A stretch of 64,000 bases of DNA from Camelus dromedarius (taxonomy: Eukaryota): assembly GCF_036321535.1 (NCBI RefSeq), contig NC_087451.1:27652001-27716000 (forward strand). Reading direction: 5' to 3'. The notes under the pieces are model-generated. The model was not told the DNA's origin and did not search any database. It saw nothing but the letters and a program-made list of their open reading frames with translations. This document shows, piece after piece, positions 49,661-59,750 of the stretch. Numbering within the stretch: the stretch's first letter is position 1; each line of letters opens with the position of its first letter. The position numbers and the translations under genes are program-made.

Positions 49661-52600
49661 CTGCCACAAGAAGGCGTCCTAGGCTCTCCCAGCCCTTGAA
49701 TGCACCGTTTCTCAAGGAAGCCCTGGACCCTTTTGGAGGGGAATGGGATTTAGAAACCAAGATCTGGAGCTGAATGTGCTCATTGCTACTGGGGTGCCTC
49801 TGCTTTGTAGGCCCCTCTTGGGGGACAGAGCTAGCATCCTGAATTCGCCCAAATCTCTCTCACTTCAAACCAAACCTCAGTCTTCTTTCTGCTCTCCCCT
49901 CCTTCCATATTTACATTTGGTGGAATTGTATGAACTTGCCAAGAGTCAACCATTTTCAGTCTACAAAATATGGGAAACCTACATGGTTCCACTGATACCC
50001 TTTCTCCACAGTGAGAACCCTTTTTTCCAGCAGTATTACTATATTTATTAACTTGCTCTGTTCCAAAATACCCTCCAAATAGCTTCAGAATTCCTTCCAC
50101 CAACCAGACCTACTAAGGAAATGTCAAGGCCTCCTTGTAGGTATTTTTGTCCTCAGAAAATTACTTAAATTCTTTATTTCTGTGTGATTATGTTAATCTG
50201 ACACCTAAGTTAATCTATTACTAAATTTTAAGGTCTTTTTTTCTTTTTTTTTAATGTAATGTTCTATTTTTGATTATGAAAAATATTTCTTATTTTATTT
50301 AAATATTATTGGATTGAAAAGTTAAAAGTATAAGAAGAGACATATCCAGAAAAGGATCATCTCTCCTCATCCATTCTCACTCGCCCCCGGGGGAACTCAT
50401 CTGCTTCAGGTTCTAGGGTAGCCTTTCTGCCTTTCTTCCCGCAGAGATGAGCATGCTAAGTGGACAGAGGTGCAGGCTCTTTCTCTCCTTCCTTCTTCCA
50501 CAATAGGTGACAAAGAACATACCTTCTTTGTTCTTTTCTCTACAGCCTACGTGTCCCATTCTGGGACTAGGTCTAACTCCGCTCCCCTCTACACACAGTA
50601 CATCCAGAGCACAAAGCCTGTGATATGGGCGGTCACAGCACCCAGGCAGCCCTGGGAGTGGATTGCAGTGAGGTCCAGGCTCCCCTGCCCACAGTGACTG
50701 GAGCTTTGACACCTCCTAGCTGCCTGGACCTGTGTTCTTTGTCGGTAAAACTAGACCCAGGGAGGTGGAGGCTCAGGCAAGGGAGCCAGACAGAGCATCC
50801 CAGGCAGCAGTTCCCCCAGGTGGCCGTAGGAAGCCCTGAACCCAGTCAGAAGGTGAGGCTGGGGTCCTCACCCAGGCTGCACAGAGTCCCTTCAAGCCTT
50901 GCCCAGGCCCCGGCGGAGTGCTGGGGTGGGGGTGGGGGGGGGTTTCCAGGTATCCCTAGTGGGACCAAGCCTGTGTTCTCCAAAAAACGTTTCCAACTGT
51001 CATTCCATTAGGACTTCAGGTCACAGATTAAGGGTAAAAATCCCCTGGCTGGGCTGGCCTGGGAACCGATCTCCTCCCACCTGAACCCTTGGGAAATGCG
51101 TGGCTCCCTCTCAGAGCAAGTGGCTTCTCGGCCCCTCTGAGCTGGACCCTGGGAGGCAGGGCCCTGCCCCATGCCCTGCTTACAGTCCAGCCAAATGCAT
51201 TGGAAATATACATATGCAAATATATACATAATTGTGGTAAAATTGCATTTTAAATTTAATCAGCTTAAAATCTGCTTTCCAAGACAGGTCTTTCAGGAGA
51301 TTTTCTGTGTTATCAATACGGCGGTGGCTTTCCACAGCCAAGGAGTGAAACGTAAGGTCCTGGTGGCCGCCTGCTGTCCACCCTCACTGCCCTCCACCGC
51401 ACCGCACGGCCTCGCCAGTCCTTGCTCTCTGTCACTGGGTGCCGGCACGCTCAGCCCGCTCCCCAAGACTTTCCTCAGCTCCCTCACAGCACTAGGGCTA
51501 TGCCCACGTGTCACCCACAGGGGGCCTCCCTGATCCCATCCCACCTGCTGCCCTCTGCCAGGTGTCTCCATTTTCTCTCCCCTCCTGACATCACATCATC
51601 CCCCCACCTCACCCACATCAGGTAAGCCTGGGACAGGACCCCGGTGAGCAAGTGTGTGATTGTGAGGGCATCAGCGCGTGGGGCTGCCCCACGCTGTTGT
51701 CACTTGGTGGCCTCCAGGCAGGGCAGACACCTGGGCAGGTGAGAACCTCGGCTCATCCTCACACGAGCAGGAGAGATCACACTGCTGATTTCCCCAAATG
51801 CATGTCTAAGTTGCCCCCCCTACCAGATGGCAGAAGAATCAGCACGCTGGATTCAGGGGCTTGCTGGGCCCTTGGTGTCCTGCTCTAGGAAATGGATCCT
51901 GGCCCCCAGGTGGATGGCGAAGGTGTCCCTGCAAGGGGTGTAAGCGAGCGCTCAGTGCGGCCCCCACCGCCCTCTAACCAGCCCTGGGACGCCAACACAG
52001 TGGGGTCTGTACAGGGCAGGGGAGGCCACCTTCCCACTCCTCCCAGCCAGAGTGCTCCCTCCCAGGCAGTGGCGGCTTGACAGCTGTTCCCAGGATCTGC
52101 TTTAAATTAAAAAGTGGCGTGGCCCTTTAAGAGAAGCATCCGCCGCCCCCGCCGCCCTGCTGCCCCCTTTGAAGTTGCTGGCGCTGAAAGGTTCCCAGTG
52201 GCAGATCTGAGGGTTTGCTTCTGCCTCCCCAGAGGCCACGTGCGGATCACAGGGAGGGAGTGGGGCGGGCCGAAGGTCACATGGCCAGCCAGGCCTCCCT
52301 GGACCAGTGGGCTGCAGGGATGGGAACCAGCCGGAGCTCATTAGGGCTCGGCAGAGCCAGCAGCTAGGAGAGCTAAGGAGGAGGTGTCCCGCCCTCCCCG
52401 CGGGGCCTGGGGCAGCCTGACCTCCCCAAAGCCCTCTGACCTGCACAGTGAGGAACACACCTGGCACTTTGGGGATGCTCCGTGACACCCCAAGAAGCTC
52501 CATCTCCACAGAGGTGTGGACAGCCCCTCCCATCCCCATCCCCTTCCTCCCCCCAGCTTTGGAATGTGGCCATTCCCAGCAGACCCAGGTGAACCCACGC

Positions 52601-54194
52601 TCCACAGTTTGCTCAGGTCAGCTGAGGGTCCCTCTGCTGAGACTGCCCACAAGCCAGGCGGGGCTGTGTGGGAAGGGTGAGATGGGGCAGAGGTACTGAG
52701 AGGTGGACAGGTCCTTACAAATGACCAGTAGGGTCCAGGGTCCCCAGGAGTTGAGCCTGGGGCCAGGGAACCTCATGCGTCCTCTGTTCACTGGCATGAG
52801 GGGCTGCAGAGTGAGCCCCAGGGGCCCTCACCACTCAATGAAGACAGCCTTGACTCCCACATGCTCTCAGTCCTGGGTGAGGGGTGTGTGGGTCCCTTCT
52901 GCAAGTGACCCCAAGGCTGCTGACAGCCATCTGATTCTCGGGAGAGGGTGTCTTCTGGTATCAGGCCTGAGAGCTGTCCACGAAGGCCTGTGACCAACCA
53001 GGTGTTCCCGGCTTTGCCCTCCCCTGCTTCTGCATGAGACCCCTCCAGGCTAGGGGCTTTTCTCATCAGGGCCCTGGGATGTGAGGTGAGAGGGGCTCCT
53101 GCAGACGGATAGGGGGCTTGGGGAGACCCAAAGGGCTCAAGCTCTGCGGCCACACAGCCTGGGCTTGAGGCCCCTGCCCGCTCAGAGCTGGTGACGGACC
53201 CTCAGCTGGTAGGCGAGCAGGGCTTCCTCTCAGAGCCAGCCGCCGTGGGGAGCGAAGTGGTCTGCCTCACTCCCTTGCCCTCTTGGGCCTCAGAGGCCAG
53301 CAGCTGGGACACAGAGCTGCCCAGGTGGTGTGTGAGGCGGGGCGTCTGAGGCCAGTAGGCAGCAGGGGGCCCCAGACAGGACACAGGCAGCAGCTGTGGC
53401 CCAGGGTAGCCCTGGGCTCAGGGCCCTCGGGGATCCCCGGGAGGGGGCGGACCACGTGGCTCAGGGCAGTCCCAAGTCCAGGCAGGGACACTGGGGCTGG
53501 GGCTGCTGGACGTCCTGAGGCCCTGAAGGCCCAGTCCCAGGTGGGAGCCCCGGCATCACTGCACCCACTGCCCCCTCCTCCCCAGTGCCCGCTGGCCAGC
53601 CTGGACTCCAGGCCTGCCCCAACTCGGGCCCTAGCTCATGTGTCCTGAAATGTTCCGTCTCTGAAACCCCTTTCCCAGCAATTGGGCACATGTCCACAAG
53701 TGGACCCCAACTCCCGTCGGCTAACTCTGCTCCTGTCTCTGTATCTTCCCCCACAGAGGTTCGCCCCCTGCACCTCCATCCTCTGTCTGGGACACCCCTC
53801 TGAAAGAGGCAGAGGCTCCCTCTGAGCTCTCACTTTCCTGGGCCTCTTTGCATCCGGGCACACATGCGATCTAAGCTTGGCTGGAAGCACCTGCCACCCA
53901 CCTGAATGGAAGCCAGGAAGCTGAGAGGCGGGAACCACACAGAACCCACCCTGCACAGGGCAATGGTGGGGGGGGCCGGCAGAGAAGGGCGGGTGCCACG
54001 TCCAGCATCTGTGATGTCCACGGGAGCATGGCAATGAGGCAGTGTGGGTTATTGTTCCTGCCTCTCCTCCCCAAGCTCTGGGGTCTGCTCTCCAGACATT
54101 CCACGAGCCTGCCATGCCCAGGACCTCAGTCTCCCTTGGTCCCTGAGGGACGGCCAGCACCCAGGAGTAATGACTGTCACTGATCCATGGTTGC

Positions 54195-54310
54195 TGGCCT
54201 CATTTCATGTTCCCAAGAACCCTGGGAGGCAGGCACTATTCTGGTCCCCACCTTACAAATGACAGACCTGGAGTTCAAGAGACCCAGCGGGGGCAGAGCC
54301 AGGCCCTACG
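54195..54310 (+). mobile_element. MIR SINE fragment
   Basis: CTCATTTCATGTTCCCAAGAACCCTGGGAGGCAGGCACTATT...CCCCACCTTACAAATGACAGAC resembles MIR. Confidence 0.55.
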
Positions 54311-54534
54311 TGCAGAGGTCGGGCTCCCGGTCCCCCGATGCGCCCTGCAGTGTGGGAGCCCCACAGACATCCGTCTACGGAGGGAACGGGGAGGCACATA
54401 CATCCCATGCCCCAGCAGGGGCTCTCCGGGGCGGGGTGAGCCCACTACGTTCCAAGCCCTACACTCCGCTCACCTGATCCCACCTCCCCAGTCACCTGAT
54501 GCTTCAGACCCGGCCTGCTGCCCTCATTGGTGTT

Positions 54535-55235
54535 TGGGGGTTTTTTAGGTAAAATTCATAATATACAACCACTTTAACTTGTACAGTTCTATAACAGTAC
54601 ATTCACAATGTTGTCCAACCATCATCACAATCAATTTTAGAATGTTCATCACCTCCAAAAGAAACCCTGTATCCATTAGCCGTCACTCTCTGTTCCTCCC
54701 TGTCCCTTGGCAACCAGCAAGCTGCTTCCTCTCGCTGCAGATGTGCCTGCTCTGGGTATTTCATGCACATGCAATCCTAGGGTATGTGGCCCTCTGCGTC
54801 CGGCGCATTTCACTTAGCCGTGTGTTTTCAGGTTCCCCCACGTGTAGCACGTGTCAGCACTCTGTTCCCTTTTATGGTTGAACGGAGTTCCGCTGTATCA
54901 ATGGACCACATTTTGTTTATCCATTTTATCTGCTGTGGACGTTTGGGTTGTTTCCACCTTTTGGCTGAAGTGAGTACTGCTGCTGTGAACAGCCATGTGC
55001 AAGCTTTCGTTTGAACATCTGTTTTCATCTCTTTGGAGACCATACCCAGGAGTGGAATTGCTGGGTCATGTGCTAATTCTGCATGTAACATACTGTTTCC
55101 TACAGCGGCTGCACCGTTTTTCATTCCCACCAGCAGCATGCCGGCCCAGGTCCTCCACGTCCTCACCAGCACTTGTTGCTGCCCATGTTTTTGATCATCT
55201 GAGTGAGTGTGAGGTGGCCTCTGACCTGCTGCTTT
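54535..55235 (-). mobile_element. LINE-1 3' region (L1MB-like), antisense
   Basis: CATTCACAATGTTGTCCAACCATCATCACAATCAATTTTAGAATGTTCATCACCTCCAAAAGAAACCCTGTATCCATTAGC...CATTTTGTTTATCCATT...TGGGTTGTTTCCACCTTTTGGCT...GGAGTGGAATTGCTGGGTCATGTG...CATTCCCACCAGCAG is the typical reverse complement of the L1 ORF2 end and 3' UTR. Confidence 0.85.
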
Positions 55236-57099
55236 TCAACCCACTTCTCAGGGTCCTAGTGGCCTCTGGGCTGGTTGCAGGCAGCCTGGAAGCCGAGACC
55301 CAGACCTGAGTGGCTCCAAGGATCTTCTGTCTCGGGAACGGCCCCCTCCAGACTTTGGAAGCTGAAAACTCTGAGTGGGGGAGTCTGAGGAGCACAAGGC
55401 AGAGCTGGCCCCTGGGGGAATGGAGCCCAAAGGCAGAGCCAGTCTGTGCTAGTCAAGAGGAGGGCAAAATGTGAACAGCCCAGGGTCTTGTGGGCTGTCG
55501 CCACCAAGGGTAGGGGTCGAGGTCCAAGCTTCATCAGAGGGGAAACGAGGAGGCAAGACACAGCAAGACAGGGGTGTGCTGGAGAAGCCACTTCACTTCT
55601 GCCCGCAGCATGGAATCAACCAAGCGGGAACTCATTTTGGTCGACGTGCAGGCTAGAACTCCTTCCAGCAATGCCAGCGAGCACAGCGCTATGCTCCCCG
55701 CTTGCCCTGGAATTCCACTGGCCGGCATCACGGCCGACACCGCAGCGCCGAGCGCTTTCACGCATGGGCTCCCGCGATCCCACGGCCGCCCTCTGACGGA
55801 GGAACGGTCATTGCCCCGCTTTGAAGAAGAGGAAATGGAGGCACACAGAGAGGTCGCGGGCCTTGCGCAGGATCTCCCTGCCAGGAAATGGCTGGGAGCC
55901 AGGTCAGCAGGAAGCACGACCCTAGGCAGGCATGACGTCCCACTGGCAGCAGAGCCTCCCTGCCCGGGACTTGGAATAACTGGCTCCCAGAGGTAGAGGG
56001 CTCTTGGGACAGGTTCTCCCGATGCCTAGGTAGCCGGGGGCAAGGGGGACACTGTCATTTGGGGGACCTTTGTTTGAAGTGCCTGCCTCTGGCCAGCCCC
56101 ACACGTGGCCATTACGATGGCCTGACTACAGGGGGGTGGCCGGCGTGAGTTTCCAGATGAACAGAACTCCCCGTCCACTCTTCCGCTAGTGTCTCTGAGT
56201 CTCAGTTTCCCTCATCAGGAAGATGGGTGCACAGCTGCTCCCCAGTGCCAGTGGGGAGGACTTGTATTTTTCACAACCTGCCCTTTCCTTCACTGCGTGA
56301 CCCCAGGCAAGGCCGACCTCCAGGGCACCTCAGCCTGATCTTCAGCTTTGAGGCTTAAGTTCCAGCTTAAACCTCACCCAACAGCTCTCAAGGGCCCTGT
56401 CTGGTCTCCTGGAGTGTCTTCCAAGAGCCTGGCCTGCTGTGTGGTGTGCAGGGTGGGTGTTGTAACTTTCTAACCTGCAGCTCGATACTGGCCCCAGGAC
56501 TGGTGAGGACCGTGGTCGGGGCCAACAGGGCAGGAGGAACGCAGGAGCGGGGTCCCCGTTGCTGCCAGAAACTCCCGCAACCTCTAATTTCCTGCCCCAG
56601 AGGGGCTGCAGGTACCTCCCAGGGGACACAGCTTCCCCACTGCCCTGGACTAGGAGGGGGCTCAGGGAGCCCCGCCCCGGTTCTAGACCTCAGTTCCATA
56701 AGACCTATTCCCTGTCTCTAAAATGGCGTGATGACATTCACGGAGCTGCGGCTGGGAGGGGAATGAGGGGTCCACCAAAGCTGCCGATGGTACTTGGAGT
56801 GTGTGGAGGCTGAATAAATGCTTTTCTTTCTTTCGTCCACCCAGCCGGCCAGGGCGGAAGCCTCCCAAGTGAACACCTGCACCCCACCCCATTTTGATTT
56901 CTGAGGAGGCATCTCCTCTGCCACCAGTGAGCACGCTGGGAAGGTGAGATGATGGAGCAGAGGTGCTACGTTGGGCGGAGGTCACTGAACAGAGATCAAG
57001 CCTGCAGCTCTTCGACCCTTGCCCATGCCCCAGTGGCGGCTGGGGAGGGAGGGGTTCTTGGGGATCCTCCTGGAGGAGGGAGGCACGAAGCCAGGGTGC

Positions 57100-59750
57100 A
57101 CGCGGGGAGGATCCAGGACCCCACCCCGAGGCCCACCGACCTCAGTAGGTGGCAGCGCCCCGTCTGCCCCCGCTGCCTCGGAGGGCCGCTCAGATTCTGT
57201 CCACCCAGGCGCGGGACAGGGCGACTCCCCCGTGGCGCCGTGCCGCGGCGCCCGGTTCCTCCCGCAGGTCGCCGAGGGCGCCGGGGCCTCGCGCCACACC
57301 TGTCCGCTCCTTCGGGAGGCCCCGGCGCCGCTGCTGCCGGCCCCTCGGCGCGGAGCCCTGTGTCCGCCGTCGCTTTGATCCCGGGGGCCCCGCTGGATAA
57401 AAGTCCCGGGCGGCTCTGCGCCAGCGCCAGAGGGGAGGCAGCCGAGCCGGGCGTACCAGCGGGCTGGCGCTGGGCGAGCGACGCCGAGGAGTCGGGGCCG
57501 CGGGGCGGCCCGCGCCGGCCGCGGTGAGCGCGGGGCTCCGGGACGGTTCGGGGTGGGGGCTGCGGCCCGGGGTTCCGGTCGCCCGCGGGCTGCTCTGGCC
57601 CTGGGCGGAGGGGGGCGAGGGGGACCCCGGCGGCTCAGGTGAACGCGCCCCCTGAGTCCCCGGCTCGACGGGCTCGGCCGGCTGCGTGGCGGACGGAGCT
57701 CCCCCCGCGCGGAAAAGCCCCGCTCCTTCCCCGGCGGCCCCCGCCCGCCTCCCCCCGCCTCCCCTTCCAGCCGCCCGGGGGCGGGGGCGGCGGCGCCGGG
57801 CTGGCCGCGGTGAATGAGCCGCCGGGGCCNNNNNNNNNNNNNNNNNNNNNNNNNNNNNNNNNNNNNNNNNNNNNNNNNNNNNNNNNNNNNNNNNNNNNNN
57901 NNNNNNNNNNNNNNNNNNNNNNNNNNNNNNNNNNNNNNNNNNNNNNNNNNNNNNNNNNNNNNNNNNNNNNNNNNNNNNNNNNNNNNNNNNNNNNNNNNNN
58001 NNNNNNNNNNNNNNNNNNNNNNNNNNNNNNNNNNNNNNNNNNNNNNNNNNNNNNNNNNNAGGCTCGGCCCCCGCCGCTCATTGGCGCGGGTCGGAGCCAG
58101 CGCACCCAGACCTTGCGCTGCCCTCGGCCGGCTGCGCGCGGAGCCCGAGCTGCCCAGGCCGACGGCGCCCGGCCCCGAGAGCCTCGACGCCAAGCCGCTC
58201 GCGCCTCCTCGGCCAGGCCCAGTGCGGGGAGCGGTGCGAGCGAGCAGGCGCGCCTGGCGCCCCGCGGCCCGGGCACCCCCGGCCCGGCGTCCCCGCCCCC
58301 GCGCCGCCTCAAGGCCGCCCGCTCTCCGCAGGTGGCCGCGGGCCCGAGCGGCGCGGCCATGGGCCGAGGGGTGCGCGTGCTGCTGCTGCTGGGCCTGCTG
58401 CACTGGGCCGGGGGCGGCGAGGGCAGGAAGACCTGGCGGCGCCGTGGCCAGCAGCAGCCCCCGCCGCCGCCGCCCCCGCCCCGGGCCGAGGCGGCGCCGG
58501 CGGCCGGACAGCCGGTGGAGAGCTTCCCGCTGGACTTCACGGCCGTGGAGGGCAACATGGACAGCTTCATGGCGCAGGTCAAGAGCCTGGCGCAGTCCCT
58601 GTACCCCTGCTCAGCGCAGCAGCTCAACGAGGACCTGCGTCTGCACCTCCTGCTCAACACGTCGGTGACATGCAACGACGGCAGCCCCGCCGGGTAAGGT
58701 CCGCAACCGCCCGCGCGACCGGCGCGCCCCTGCCGGTGGCCCCGGGGCCGCGGGCCGTCTTGTCGCCAGTGGGGTCGCACCACCGCCTCCCTGTTTCCGC
58801 CCAGACGCACGGAGTCTCTGCGCTGGACCCTCCTTGCTGGCCTCAGCGGTGCTCGCCCCGGGGAGAGGGCTCCCGTCGAGCCTCGGAGGCGCTGGCCCCG
58901 GAGAGGGCCCGGCTCGGCGACCCGCCGCGCGGGGGGTGGGGCAGCGATTGAAGCCCTGGTACCAGGCCAGCCCGGGCACTGACCCCTCGGCCACCGGTGC
59001 CCAGCCCCTGTGCTCGCGTCCTTCGGTCCCTGGGCGGGGAGATGGCGGTCCGAGAGTGGCCCTGGCTCCAGCAGGAGGAGGCGACACAGCGGGGCGGGGA
59101 GAGTCCTCCCCCGTACTCCCACCCCCACCCCAGCTCGACTCGCCCCGTCTGCTGCCTGCGGCTGCCTGGACTGCCAGGGATCCCAGCCAGCCGGAGAGAC
59201 AGGCAGGGGGCGCAGGTGGGACGGAAGAACCTGGGGTGCGGCATTCGCCCATCTCCAGCCCGAAGTAGATGAAGGAAGGATACGAGGCTGGGGGTTGGGG
59301 AGGAGTTGGGGGCACCCATGCCCTCAGCGACTCCACAACACGAGGAACACAAAGTTAGAGCGGGCCTCGGTAGGACGGCTGCGACCCGCCTCTGTGGCGC
59401 CCGCGCCCCTCCACGCCCGCCTGTCCGACCCCAGTGCCTCTGCCCCACGCACACTCTTCCAGCGAGGGTGCTTTGCACTCTCCAAGCGCCACTGCGAGTC
59501 CCAAGGAGAATCCCCAGCCCCAGTGAAGAACCCCCTCCCCCGCGCCGGGCCTCGGGCGCCGAAGTTACAGCGCGTCCCGCGCGGGGCGGGCCGTGGGGAT
59601 TTTCCACGGACCACACAGCCCCTCGCCGCCCTTCCCCGCCCCGCGAGCGCCATCTCCCGGGACTGGCCGATGCTGGCCGGGCCGAGCGCGCTCTGCGGGG
59701 GCCTGGCCGCTGGCGCCCCCGTGCGGCGCGGGCGCTCGGCGACAGGTGGA
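57100..59750 (+). promoter_or_regulatory. Large NOTUM CpG island (promoter, exon 1, part of intron 1)
   Basis: About 2.6 kb of dense CpG flanking the NOTUM ATG; TCF site CTTTGATC at 57373-57380. Confidence 0.85.
57830..58059. other. Assembly gap (230 N)
   Basis: Run of N inside the NOTUM CpG island, about 300 bp upstream of the ATG. Confidence 1.

Noticed and set aside
54828-55172. 114-aa ORF with L1-like peptides (AHDPAIPLLG, CTWLFTAA, WKQPK, WINKMW)
   Set aside because: Decayed remnant of the L1 ORF2 C-terminus, not a host gene.
56982-59128. 473-aa and 497-aa minus-strand ORFs over the NOTUM island
   Set aside because: They run through the N gap (X residues) and are antisense shadows of GC-rich NOTUM exon 1.
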